From Candidatus Poribacteria bacterium (GTDB lineage Bacteria > Poribacteria > WGA-4E > WGA-3G): 64,000 bases of DNA. The translations under genes were made by a program, and so were the position numbers. Shown here piece by piece: positions 27,153 through 37,449 of this stretch (position 1 is the first letter of the stretch; every line of letters begins with the position of its first letter). The DNA lies in contig CAXXUA010000006.1 in NCBI GenBank assembly GCA_963663765.2, positions 192,001-256,000 of the forward strand, in the 5' to 3' direction. Under the pieces are notes generated by a model. It was given only the letters and a program-made list of their open reading frames with translations. It made no database searches and was not told the DNA's origin.

Positions 27153-28418
27153 CTACTCAATATATCCTAAGTTCCGCAGCCTCCCCTCCAAAATCTGTTT
27201 TTCCTCGGGAGTGGAAGATTGTACCTGCAGGTGTTGATAATTGGAATTCATCAAAATCTCATCATAAGTATCACGGAATCGTTCAGTATCTTCGCAGACC
27301 GTATCTTCACCGCTCATTATGTGCCGATACACATATTCACCAGTCTGTTCATCTTCACGGTATAGGTATTCACCATCTGTCAGTGACCAGAGTCGCACTC
27401 CTTGGGAATAACTGCTAATTTCTTCGTTGTCTACCGTCGTCCGAGAAGTCACACGGTGATGCGGCATCTCCAAGTTTTTCCGACTAAGGAAACCAATACC
27501 ATACAAACTATCTAACTCTGACAATACAAAACGATCCTCATCAATATCCGTTGGAGACAGTAAATCTTGACCATAACCCTGATAATCTGTTTCAATACCA
27601 GCAAGTTTTATTATAGTTGGAAACAGATCAATTGCCGAAATCGGTGCATTCGGAAATGATATGGTATCAACATCGGGGATATGTGCTAACAACGGTACAT
27701 GCAACACGTTCTGATGTAGTGTTCCACCATGGTCAACAATTTCGTCACAGATACCTTCCCCGTGGTCCCCGAAAATAAACACAGTCCATTCCGGTAACTC
27801 AAGCTGCTTTAGTATTTCAACCAACTTGAACTCAAGAATATGTATTGCAGCTGCATAATAAAATCGCAGTGCTTCATCTGTCTTACCTTTTTTCACAAGT
27901 GACGCCAGACTCGGTGCACCAGGAATACCATTCATGCCATACCCACCGTGCGTATACCAAAAATGCAGAAAACAGAACTGTGGCGTATCCGATGGTTGCT
28001 TAAGATGATGCATCAAGTCCTCAAGCGAACCGAGTTGTTGTGCATCCGCATTGGGGTCAATCGGTGTGATGAACGACTCATAATCAAGGAAACGGAATAC
28101 CTCAGCGCGTTCAGAACGTCCCGTGATGTGATAGCCAGCATCAGAAAAAATCTGAAAAAGGTTTGGAATACCTTCAAACATTTTGAGATAAGTTTGTCCA
28201 TAAACCCCGTGCTCAAACGGATAAAGTCCTGTGAAGTATGACGTATGAGAAGGACGGGTCGCAGGAGCAGATACAAAGAACTTGTCAGCAAGTGAGAAAT
28301 CTTTAGTCAGCAGGTCGAACTTTGGTGTGTTGAAGAAGGGATTAGTCCGACTTAGTGCATCATATCGCCAACAATCAATCGAGATGAGAAGGAACTTATT
28401 TATAGGTTGGTTAGCCAT
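27153..28418 (-). CDS. Sulfatase-like hydrolase (alkaline phosphatase superfamily)
   Basis: ISIDCWRYD, APATRPSHTSYFTG, GDHGE, HVPL, RLRNLGYIE. Confidence 0.88.
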   Translation of the reverse strand: MANQPINKFLLISIDCWRYDALSRTNPFFNTPKFDLLTKDFSLADKFFVSAPATRPSHTSYFTGLYPFEHGVYGQTYLKMFEGIPNLFQIFSDAGYHITGRSERAEVFRFLDYESFITPIDPNADAQQLGSLEDLMHHLKQPSDTPQFCFLHFWYTHGGYGMNGIPGAPSLASLVKKGKTDEALRFYYAAAIHILEFKLVEILKQLELPEWTVFIFGDHGEGICDEIVDHGGTLHQNVLHVPLLAHIPDVDTISFPNAPISAIDLFPTIIKLAGIETDYQGYGQDLLSPTDIDEDRFVLSELDSLYGIGFLSRKNLEMPHHRVTSRTTVDNEEISSYSQGVRLWSLTDGEYLYREDEQTGEYVYRHIMSGEDTVCEDTERFRDTYDEILMNSNYQHLQVQSSTPEEKQILEGRLRNLGYIE

Positions 28419-28421
28419 TAT

Positions 28422-29780
28422 TTAATCAATTAACCTTGCATTGTACTGCCGCGCAGTGTGTTGATAACCCTCATATCGCTCAGGAACAAAAGGATCAGGT
28501 GTATAGATATAAACAGCATCACTATATGGGTCATAGAGGACAACCTCTTCGCGTACATCCCCACAAACATCAGCAGGTATGCAGTGATACCACCCCATTT
28601 TACCGCCAGTCGGCGGTGGAAGGTTTGGAAACGTTACTACCTTATTGCCTTCGCCTTCATAAAGTGCAGCGGGACTGTATATCAGTTCGGAATCATCTAA
28701 TCCGTTCCAGCGGATAACCTCTAATCCTGTGTTGTTCGGGGATTCATCGGCGCGAAAACGACTCCGAATCTGTCCCTTGTTGTCCACGACCATCAAATCG
28801 GGATAGTGTCCGTTATAGCGGATAACTAAGTTCGGCGATGCGTTCGGAAGCAGGTTTCCATAACGGATTTCTTGTCCATGCGGTATAACCTCAAAACCGA
28901 GAGAGAGAACAGCATTACCAGTTGAGTCAAGAACTTGTCCACCACCTGAAAGGATAGCCCGTTTTTTTCCATTCCACTCCTCAACTAAAACCGAGTCTAT
29001 ATTTTCACCAAGGTATTTATCCCATAGCACTGTTCCATCAGAAGCAAGTCCAAAATTACCACCGTTGACTTCATCAAGACCATCACCGTTGAAATCACCA
29101 ACTGCCGGGATATATGCAGAATGCTTCGGATAGCGAAACCATCTGTCTGTATGTTTCCAAAGCAGGTCAAGTTTATGGTTAAACGCGAGTACATTCACAC
29201 CAACCTTGACCACAAAATCTTGTGGTTGTTGATTACCACTGAAATTGGCAATCATCAACCGTTGATGTACATAATTTGGGATATGACGTTCACCTTCTGC
29301 GACAGCATTACACTGCTGAAGTTCTTCAGATACGACACAACGTTTAACATCACCAGTTGCCCCATCTAAAATCATCAACTTGATTGCAGACAAATCCCAT
29401 TTGCTTGCTTCAGTCACTTCATTGTCTAACCAAAAACAGATAACCTCTGAATGTCCATCCGCGTCTATATCGTAAATTGCAACGGGACCAGGTCTATCAG
29501 GTGAACGTGTAGTTAGACGGTTATGCTTATTATCTTTGTCTTTGATTTCAAGATGTTTGTCACCGATGTGCCACAGTGGTTCACCCGCAAGATTAAACGC
29601 ACCGAGAAAACATGGATGAATACCACCGAGTGACTTGTACACGAGAAAATCAACATCTCCATCACCTGTGAGATCCCCTATTCTAATATCTCCACCCCAT
29701 GATTGACCGTCAGTTTCATTGAGAAAATCGGATGGGATCGCAACTCGCTTATAGAGATGTGCTGCTTGTGGTGTGTTCAT
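28422..29780 (-). CDS. FG-GAP/beta-propeller protein, rhamnogalacturonan lyase (PL11)-like
   Basis: Repeated GDLTGDGDVD, YDIDADGHSE, GDFNGDGLDE, ADVCGDVREE calcium-binding loops. Confidence 0.7.
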   Translation of the reverse strand: MNTPQAAHLYKRVAIPSDFLNETDGQSWGGDIRIGDLTGDGDVDFLVYKSLGGIHPCFLGAFNLAGEPLWHIGDKHLEIKDKDNKHNRLTTRSPDRPGPVAIYDIDADGHSEVICFWLDNEVTEASKWDLSAIKLMILDGATGDVKRCVVSEELQQCNAVAEGERHIPNYVHQRLMIANFSGNQQPQDFVVKVGVNVLAFNHKLDLLWKHTDRWFRYPKHSAYIPAVGDFNGDGLDEVNGGNFGLASDGTVLWDKYLGENIDSVLVEEWNGKKRAILSGGGQVLDSTGNAVLSLGFEVIPHGQEIRYGNLLPNASPNLVIRYNGHYPDLMVVDNKGQIRSRFRADESPNNTGLEVIRWNGLDDSELIYSPAALYEGEGNKVVTFPNLPPPTGGKMGWYHCIPADVCGDVREEVVLYDPYSDAVYIYTPDPFVPERYEGYQHTARQYNARLID

Positions 29781-30544
29781 TTAGACAAAGCTTTGAATAG
29801 TCCAACATAAAGGGCGAGGACCTTCTCAGGATCCGGTCCAGTATATGCACATTCATTGGAGATGTAACCTGTGAAGCCGATGCGATTGAGCCATTGAAAC
29901 ATCTGCCTGTAAAGTTCAAATGTCTCTGGTAATTCCACTTTGTGCGTATGCACTGCTGTAATATGCTGTGCAACCTGTGAAAAGAGAGGGTCAATACTGC
30001 CATTTTCGCAACCAACAAATTGTGAATTGAAAACGAATCCGACATTCGGTAGATTGACACCTTCAATCACTTCCATCGCAGAGTCTGGGTTTGTGAAAGA
30101 ACCGTGCATCTCAATAGAAACAGTAATATCCTTCTCTCCAGCATAGGAACCTAATGCCTTAAGTCCATCAGTCACATAACCGATAACTGCGTTCCGGTTT
30201 TCATTGGTGTATCTATCACCGAGTACCCGCACGTGATCACATTCCATATAGTCTGCCATATCAATGACGCGTGAAACACGTCGAACGGTTTCTTCGCGAT
30301 CAGATTCATTTTCTGAGTGAAAGTTCTGGCAACTTGTTAGTGAAGAAATAACAACTCCGCTTGCATCTACTTTTGCTTTCAGCTCTTCCCATTGATCTTT
30401 GGGTGTATCCCACTCAAATCCGTGTTTCTGTTTGTAATCCATTAGGAGTTCTACACCGTGATACCCTGTTGCTTCGGCGGTATCAAGGATACGTTTGAGT
30501 TCCCAATCTTGACATGTCTGATATGTGTTTAATGACCACTTCAT
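29777..30544 (-). CDS. Sugar phosphate isomerase/epimerase (xylose isomerase-like TIM barrel)
   Basis: GYHGVEL, IEMHG, GFTGYISNE. Confidence 0.85.
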   Translation of the reverse strand: MKWSLNTYQTCQDWELKRILDTAEATGYHGVELLMDYKQKHGFEWDTPKDQWEELKAKVDASGVVISSLTSCQNFHSENESDREETVRRVSRVIDMADYMECDHVRVLGDRYTNENRNAVIGYVTDGLKALGSYAGEKDITVSIEMHGSFTNPDSAMEVIEGVNLPNVGFVFNSQFVGCENGSIDPLFSQVAQHITAVHTHKVELPETFELYRQMFQWLNRIGFTGYISNECAYTGPDPEKVLALYVGLFKALSK

Positions 30545-30550
30545 ACTTTT

Positions 30551-31633
30551 TTACTCCTGAATAGGTATTGGATACCAGAGTCCTCCAGTTTTTGATGATA
30601 GTGCGAGGTGTGTAGTATCAGGAATGCCGATAACATCTACGATGATTTTGTTCTGTTGACACTGCCGCAACACATCTAATAATTGGTATGATCCTTTACT
30701 TGCCTCGTCTGTCACAAGGACAAACCTTCTTTTTGCTTCCTCCCGAAATTTGACCCGTCGAATTGCTTTGACAATTGCATTATGTGCACGTTCATCCCCT
30801 GCAGCAGCAACGACATGAGATGTCAATAACCGTTTATACTGATCTATATTCTGTTTGGGTTGATGAACGATGGTGTCACCCTCAAGGTATCGAAAAATGA
30901 CAATACCCAACCGAAAGTCAATCCCCTTTTCTTCAAATACTGTAGCCATCTGATTGAGTTGTCTACCGACAGCGCGGATATTATCTATCATACTTCCACT
31001 GATGTCAAGTAGAAATACAACATCAACAATGCTGTCATCTGTGGCGTCAGCAACACTTTCTGCTATTCCCTCTAACGCCTCACCCATCATACCATCTCTA
31101 TCAACAGGCATAGGAGCATTCTCCGAACTATCTTGTGATTCTTCAGTTTGTTCTTGCGACATTTCTGCTACGGGTGCTATAGTCGGTGTTGTTGGGTTCT
31201 TTATCGCTATCGCTTTCCATTGCGGAGAATCGATAACGATTTCACTGAGGGATGTCTCTGCTATTGGTAATTCTGCATCTGTTCCAATTGTTGTCAGTGC
31301 GTTCCCAGTAGTAATTGGGCGCGTCGAATTAATCGGTTGAGCAGCACTATGTTCAGTGATTTTCACAGTATTGGAAGACAAAGAACGTCGTCTTGGTATT
31401 GATCGTTTGCGCTTGCTACTGATATGGAAACGTTTGATTGAGGAAACAGTGATTTCATCTTTCGTTAAAGGGACAGAAGCATACATCGGACGATAGATTG
31501 TAATATAACTCAGACTTATTAGTGCGATTGCAGCGATATGCAATGCTAACGACATCAGAAATGCCCGTGTCATTTTCTTTCTTTTTTGTTGTAGTTTTGT
31601 TGAGTAATCTAAAATATACATGTGCTGTTTCAC
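30551..31633 (-). CDS. Membrane-anchored vWA domain protein
   Basis: SLALHIAAIALI TM segment; MIDAS DISGSM; LVTDE. Confidence 0.85.
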   Translation of the reverse strand: MKQHMYILDYSTKLQQKRKKMTRAFLMSLALHIAAIALISLSYITIYRPMYASVPLTKDEITVSSIKRFHISSKRKRSIPRRRSLSSNTVKITEHSAAQPINSTRPITTGNALTTIGTDAELPIAETSLSEIVIDSPQWKAIAIKNPTTPTIAPVAEMSQEQTEESQDSSENAPMPVDRDGMMGEALEGIAESVADATDDSIVDVVFLLDISGSMIDNIRAVGRQLNQMATVFEEKGIDFRLGIVIFRYLEGDTIVHQPKQNIDQYKRLLTSHVVAAAGDERAHNAIVKAIRRVKFREEAKRRFVLVTDEASKGSYQLLDVLRQCQQNKIIVDVIGIPDTTHLALSSKTGGLWYPIPIQE

Positions 31634-31646
31634 CTAATAGAAACTA

Positions 31647-31802
31647 ATACCAATTCAAATAAATCTTTTCTCATTAAGGAATTCTACTGTTTACTGGCAG
31701 GGGGTTACTCTCTTCGGTAGGAGCGACCTCCCGGTCGCGACCGGGAGGTCGCTCCTACCAGATTTCCGCTGCTAATGAGACATTATCACATGAAAATGGT
31801 AT
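31647..31802. mobile_element. MITE family A copy
   Basis: TA-flanked, 156 bp, same sequence as the 26328 copy. Confidence 0.88.
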
Positions 31803-31814
31803 TACTAAGTCATA

Positions 31815-32873
31815 CTATAGTTTAGACAGTTTTTTACAAACATGAGTTGATAAGAAATTGATTCACCGCTTATGTTACCAAATCAGGACTTACGCAGTTT
31901 TCATGATTTGATGAAGAATTATGACGAAAATTGTGTAAGTTTCAGCATTTTTTCGGTTTCCAGCGCCAAATCAACGGTATGAATGCCTTTTGGCATTCCC
32001 TGCCTACAAAGCGCCAAATCAACGGTATGAATGCCATTTAGGCATTCCCCGCCTACCGTTGGGTGCGTAAGTCCTGCAAATTAAGACACAACGAACAACA
32101 CGCAAACCCTCTTTACTCCAGCGGAGCAATATGTTTATAACCACATTGTCAACCGACATTTCCGCTCCAGCGGAGCGGTATGTGATTTCCAACACATAGC
32201 ACTCCGCTGGAGTGCAAGATTGTGGGTATACCGTTTTCTATAAACATACTATAGTTTGGACAATTTTTTCCAAACATGAGTTGATAAAAAATTGATTCAC
32301 CGCTTATGTTACAAAATAAAAAAACAACGAAAAAAACAGAATCCCTCTTTGCTCCAGCGGAGCAATATGTTTATAGCCACATTGTCAACCGAAATCTCCG
32401 CTGGACAGGGTTATTCAGTTTTAGGTATTTTTGATAAGTATTTACTATAACGTTAATTTTATTTATTGCCATCTTGTCCATGTCTTTAGTCCCGTAGGGA
32501 CGATATGTTTATAGAAAAATGTTATCTACCCCTATGGAGTTCCGTAGGAACGGCATAGAATAATAAACATATCGTCCCTACGGGGCTAAAGACCGATGTT
32601 CATGTTTCAAGAATCTAAACTTGATGTGTAAGGTGCAGTTAGGAAACCTCATTTGGGTATTAACTTTCAGTAAATCTCAATAACAGAAAACTTTTAAAAC
32701 TGAATAACCCTCTCCGCTGGAGTACAAAATTGTGTGTATACCGTTTTCTATAAACATAGCACTCCGCTGGAGTGCGTAATTTTCTTCAGTTTCATAATAT
32801 ACGAAACTCGTAGAAAAATAGGAGTTATATTGAATACTCAACTTCTACAAAATGAGAATTGTCCAAACTATAG
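31815..32873. mobile_element. Nested MITE cluster: two family B copies (31815-32248 truncated; 32249-32873) containing MITE C (31884-32076) and MITE D (32406-32711)
   Basis: B TIR CTATAGTTTGGACAATT; C TIR CAGGACTTACGCA with CAAAT TSD; D TIR CAGGGTTATTCAGTTTT with (C)TCCGCTGGA TSD. Confidence 0.85.
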
Positions 32874-32985
32874 TAAGTAGTAGCACAATCTGTTAGATAG
32901 TGCTACAAAAACTTCCAAGCAAGGCACAACTGACAGTTTGTGCTACAAAAACTTCCAAGAAGTGTATTATACTCTATTAGAAATG

Positions 32986-35529
32986 TTAGGATAGCAAAGA
33001 AACTGTTCCTTGATTTCCATCTACCTGAATTACTTGTCCGTCACTTATATTTTGTGTTGCATTTGATATATTTACAACAGCGGGGAGTCCGTATTCTCTT
33101 GCAACAACAGCCCCATGTGACAACATCCCACCCCGTTCCATCACCAAGCCGGCAGCATTGAGAAACAACGGTGTCCATGCTGGGTCTGTTGAAGGACAAA
33201 CGAGAATATAACCTTTTTCAAATGCGTGCAGGTCGGATGGGTTTGATAGGACTTTGGCGGGTCCCTTTGCAATCCCTGCTGAAACACCTACACCTGTATA
33301 AGTGTCCGCTGATTCTGTTGATAGTGATGTTCCTATACAATCCACCGCATCACTAAAGACGACATCAGGCACTTCAATCTGCAGTAAGAGTTCATGTCTA
33401 TTTTTGCGTTCTGCTATTTTCTCACTGAAGTCGTGACCTTGTATAAGTAGATACAATTCATCAGGTAGAAGATAGAATATTCCTCCATTGAGTTTATATC
33501 TGTTATCCAACACAACCAAAGCACGCCGAATCTGTTCATATCCGAGCATCAGATAGAATTTCGCTGTTTCTCGAAACGGCATATATCGTCTTGTAAAAAC
33601 TAGTTCGCTTACTATCTGATTGTGCAACCCCTTTTTCTTAACTAAAATTCCAGTGAGTTCTTTCTCCGCAGCTTCCCGCAGTTTTTCTTGTCGCGCAAAG
33701 TGTTGATTTTCAATCTGTTTTTGTTGTCCGTTTTCAGCATCTTCTTTAGAAAGGGATGCGATGATCTGTTCAAGAAAAGTAGTGTCTTCACGCCACCTGG
33801 GTTTTGCCAATTCGAACTCTCCAACCGCACGGTGTCCGTATACCTTTAGGAAATCTATAAGCGTCAACTCACCAGTTCCAACTTGCTGTAGTTTTGCATT
33901 TGTTTCAACCGTAAGATTACCAGCAATCCCACTGATGAGACGACTTGCGAGGTTTTTTGCTGTTGTTTCATCAACACATTTCTGTAGTGCAGCTTCCAAA
34001 CGTTGTAACGAAAAAGCAGCAAGTACGGTAGCAGTCAGTGCTTTCGGTGCAAAGTCATCCAACGTCTTGTTACACCATTCCTTAAACTTCTTGACTAATT
34101 CCGTGTCCGATAGTTCTGAATACGACAAGTTTTGTTCATTAACAACATTTTCCTTGAATATTGGAAAGATTTCTGCTGTTAACTCTGTGTCAAATTTAGA
34201 TCGTAATTTTCTCAGTCGTAATTCTGCTTTCGTCATACGTACAATGTAGAGAGGCAGTTTGAACCAAAATGCTGCAGTGCATTTTTTGATATTAAATGTT
34301 GCTTGCGCATACATAGCTTTTGTGGGATTCTGCTTCACCGCATCAAAATCGTGTGCGAACGGGAATCCATCAAAGAAAAGTTCAGTCTCACGATTCAAAT
34401 TAACGAAGATTCTTCCGCAGATTAGGTCAAGAATCCCCATTTTATGAACGCGATTGCTTGGATAAAAACCTAAACCACGATATGCTGTACCTAACCCGCC
34501 ATCTGCAGACATAAAATGCTTCATGATCTCCCATGTCAATGGTAATGGTGCAGGTAATACTTCTGCGAGATTGTGATGACTCCAGATCGTTGGGTTAGCT
34601 TCTGTTAACGTTTTGAGTTTTTGAATTTCCTCCTGTCGTAACATCTCAATTTTGCTATCAGAGTTTTTAATTGGTGCATGTGTTTGTGTCGTTATTGGTC
34701 GTGCTTGCAATAAGTGTAACACGTTATTTGCTATTGCCCACTCAATATCCATCGGTTGACCGTAGCGTGTTTCAACATCAAGTCCGATTTGTATGAGTTG
34801 TTTTAACTGAGCATGGGTTAAGCTTGGTATGTTCTGTTGGTCTGTGGTCACCTCATTCACACCAGTTGCGGTGATCATCTCTTGTTTCGTTGCAATAGCA
34901 CTTTCTAATACATCACCAGTGTCACGTGAGATTTGGAAACTGTCCGGTGTTATTTCACCAGACACCACCGATTCACCTAATCCCCAATTGGACTCAACGA
35001 TACTAACGTTTTTGTTGAAAGGACTGACGGTGAATAACACACCAGAAACATCTGCGTTGCACATTTCTTGCACAACAACTGCCATTGCTAATCCGTCACT
35101 TTGGATGTTTTTTGAACGTCTATATGCAATTGCACGGTCTGACCAGAGAGATGTCCAACACTTCTTTATAGCGTGGAAGAGTTCATCGGTTTTAACATGC
35201 AAAAAGGTGTCTTGTTGTCCAGCAAAACTTGCTGTATCCAAATCTTCTGCAGTTGCGCTGGACCGAACAGCCACTGTGTTTGTCTGCAATTTTTCACGCG
35301 CTTTCAGAATTTCCTCAATTAACACATTTGATAATTCTATGTCTATGATGCTGCTCAAGTTCTGTTCAGATATACTCTCAACAGACTTTCGGTAAGCATC
35401 TGTAGTCACACAGAATCCGTTTGGTACTTGAAATCCTGCTTGTGTTAATTTTCCGAGATTCAACCCTTTTCCACCTACAAGTGGTAGATCGTCCTCATCT
35501 ATTTCTGGAAAATGTTTTATTAATTGCAT
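32986..35529 (-). CDS. PEP-utilizing enzyme with PEP synthase/rifampin phosphotransferase-like architecture (start re-called to MQLIK)
   Basis: VGGKG..LG, AVRSSATAED..SFAGQQDT, DIEWA, LQARPIT; C-terminal swivel TDPAWTPLF..GGMLSHGAVVAREYG. Confidence 0.9.
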   Translation of the reverse strand: MQLIKHFPEIDEDDLPLVGGKGLNLGKLTQAGFQVPNGFCVTTDAYRKSVESISEQNLSSIIDIELSNVLIEEILKAREKLQTNTVAVRSSATAEDLDTASFAGQQDTFLHVKTDELFHAIKKCWTSLWSDRAIAYRRSKNIQSDGLAMAVVVQEMCNADVSGVLFTVSPFNKNVSIVESNWGLGESVVSGEITPDSFQISRDTGDVLESAIATKQEMITATGVNEVTTDQQNIPSLTHAQLKQLIQIGLDVETRYGQPMDIEWAIANNVLHLLQARPITTQTHAPIKNSDSKIEMLRQEEIQKLKTLTEANPTIWSHHNLAEVLPAPLPLTWEIMKHFMSADGGLGTAYRGLGFYPSNRVHKMGILDLICGRIFVNLNRETELFFDGFPFAHDFDAVKQNPTKAMYAQATFNIKKCTAAFWFKLPLYIVRMTKAELRLRKLRSKFDTELTAEIFPIFKENVVNEQNLSYSELSDTELVKKFKEWCNKTLDDFAPKALTATVLAAFSLQRLEAALQKCVDETTAKNLASRLISGIAGNLTVETNAKLQQVGTGELTLIDFLKVYGHRAVGEFELAKPRWREDTTFLEQIIASLSKEDAENGQQKQIENQHFARQEKLREAAEKELTGILVKKKGLHNQIVSELVFTRRYMPFRETAKFYLMLGYEQIRRALVVLDNRYKLNGGIFYLLPDELYLLIQGHDFSEKIAERKNRHELLLQIEVPDVVFSDAVDCIGTSLSTESADTYTGVGVSAGIAKGPAKVLSNPSDLHAFEKGYILVCPSTDPAWTPLFLNAAGLVMERGGMLSHGAVVAREYGLPAVVNISNATQNISDGQVIQVDGNQGTVSLLS

Positions 35530-35774
35530 ATTACAGATTTGACGGCTAATGATGGTAGAAGTTGAATTAGTATAGCAGCGCCGACCTATAGAATGCAAAT
35601 CTGATTTTTTTGTCTGAACCAGGGCTTCCAGAATTTACAGCAGGACTTACGCAAAATAAGGCTATCAAGTCCAAAGAAAAAACCGAGTATTTTGGGATAC
35701 CTCCAGATCAAAAGATAATCCTAAGAATTGTTTCTTTTAGAGGCTACCCTCAAAAATCGTATACTACATCAAAA

Positions 35775-35860
35775 AATTACGGTACAACTCTACAACGCCA
35801 CTCTTTTAGTTTTTACCTCAAAGCCAAATTCATTATCACGCCTGTATAGGTAAGGATTTA
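35775..35860 (+). repeat. ~85-bp direct repeat, second copy 37388-37474
   Basis: AAATTACG(G/A)TACAAC...TATCACGCCTGTATAGGTAAGGATTTAG occurs twice. Confidence 0.85.
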
Positions 35861-35898
35861 GAAGGATTCTAAAAACTGGGAGGGTACTAAAGTTAATA

Positions 35899-36775
35899 GA
35901 GCGTATCTCATAAATATTAAATGGTTTGATTTTTTCTTTTAATTTCTCATCATCTCTGCTAAACTATATCTATTTCTACTATAAGTAAGGAGATGATTTG
36001 AATGGAACTTAGTGATAAGGAATGGGAAATTATTGAACCCCTAATGCCAGAACCACCATCGGATAAACCGGGGAGACCTTGGCGTGGTAATAGAGAAGTG
36101 TTAGATGGGATACTGTGGGTGTTGCGAACAGGAGTTCCCTGGCGGGATTTACCAGAAAAGTATCCACCCTATCAAACCTGTCATCGTCGTTTTCAGCAAC
36201 GGTCATCGGATGGAACGCTTGAAAAAGTTCAAATGGCACTCACAGAAATGCTTGAAAAACGAAAAAAAATAAATATGAGTGAGTGTTGTATTGATGCGAA
36301 ATTCGTTCCTGCCAAGAAAGGAGGCACTTGTGTTGGTCCAACGAAGTGCGGCAAAGGGACAAAACTGCTAGCGATTACAGAAAAGTCTGGTAGACCTGTG
36401 AGTGTTCTGATTACAACGGCTTCTTGTCATGAAGTGCGCTTGGTTGAACCGGCATTGGATGCGTGTTGGACATCCGAAAACCCCGCAGTGTTGATTGGGG
36501 ACAAAGCTTATGACTCCGATCCTTTAGATGCTTCTTTGAGGGAACGTGGTATTGAAATGGTAGCACCTCATAAAAAGAATCGTCCAAAACAGGCTACACA
36601 GGATGGTCGGCGTTTACGACGGTATAAGCGTCGTTTCAAAGTAGAAAGATTTTTCAGTTGGTTAGAGGATTATCGGCGTTTAGTTGTTCGTTGGGAATAC
36701 TACGCTGAAAATTATTTAGGTTTTGTACTTCTTGCTTGCATACCTATGTCGCTAAAATATTTATGAGATACTCTG
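35899..36775 (+). mobile_element. IS5-family insertion sequence (877 bp)
   Basis: IRs GAGCGTATCTCATAAATA / TATTTATGAGATACTCTG, TA flanks, single transposase ORF. Confidence 0.92.
36002..36766 (+). CDS. IS5-family transposase
   Basis: LSDKEWEIIEP, LRTGVPWRDLP, CIDA, GDKAYDSD, RFKVERFFSWL. Confidence 0.95.
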   Translation: MELSDKEWEIIEPLMPEPPSDKPGRPWRGNREVLDGILWVLRTGVPWRDLPEKYPPYQTCHRRFQQRSSDGTLEKVQMALTEMLEKRKKINMSECCIDAKFVPAKKGGTCVGPTKCGKGTKLLAITEKSGRPVSVLITTASCHEVRLVEPALDACWTSENPAVLIGDKAYDSDPLDASLRERGIEMVAPHKKNRPKQATQDGRRLRRYKRRFKVERFFSWLEDYRRLVVRWEYYAENYLGFVLLACIPMSLKYL

Positions 36776-36868
36776 TACAAAGTTCGTGAACCCGTTTACG
36801 GTTATTGACATCCGTTCTACTTTCCAACTTCACACTACGTTTTCGTACCACTCCTTTTTCCACACGCA

Positions 36869-37114
36869 CTACACGCTTACACAACAAATAATACTTACGA
36901 GACGCACGAGTCCGCCTGCCGAACTCACGAAGCAAACACTCATAAGGTGTATATCAACGGAATTCGGAACACGCCGACGAGATTGCTTACGAGACTCCCA
37001 ATGCCAACGATAATACGAACCAACACTCACTCCCGCTTCTTCACATGCCAAACTCACAGAAGTGCGCCTAAGCAACACAACCAGATCAGCAACAACCTCT
37101 TGTGACAACCGCAT
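36869..37114 (-). pseudogene. Short HTH-like ORF, probable transposase N-terminal remnant
   Basis: SVSLACEEAGVSVGSYYRW helix-turn-helix; GGAGG RBS; lies among IS debris. Confidence 0.45.
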
Positions 37115-37292
37115 CTAACCCTCCTTTTTCGCGAAGGTTTTTAATATAATGTTTTTCAAAAACACGGAATTATAATGCAATTAATGCAACATACTCTTAA
37201 GGATGCCATATTTTCAACCCAAAACACTACATAACATCCTTTCAAGGTCTGTTCTGGCAGTTGGGGATCCTATCCACTCTTTGAGTAATTTA

Positions 37293-37384
37293 CAACCTAT
37301 CTCATAAATCGGGGTTTCTAACCTCAATTTACTGGACACTCGATCAGCTGAATTTGAACAAATATGCATTTATGAGATACGCTG
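37293..37384. mobile_element. IS5-derived MITE (~92 bp)
   Basis: Ends CCTATCTCATAAAT/ATTTATGAGATACGCTG match the IS5 IRs; TA flanks; second copy at 59035-59131. Confidence 0.85.
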
Positions 37385-37449
37385 TAGAAATTACGATACA
37401 ACGCTACAACGCCACTATTTTAGTTTTTACCTCAAAGCTAAATTCGTTA

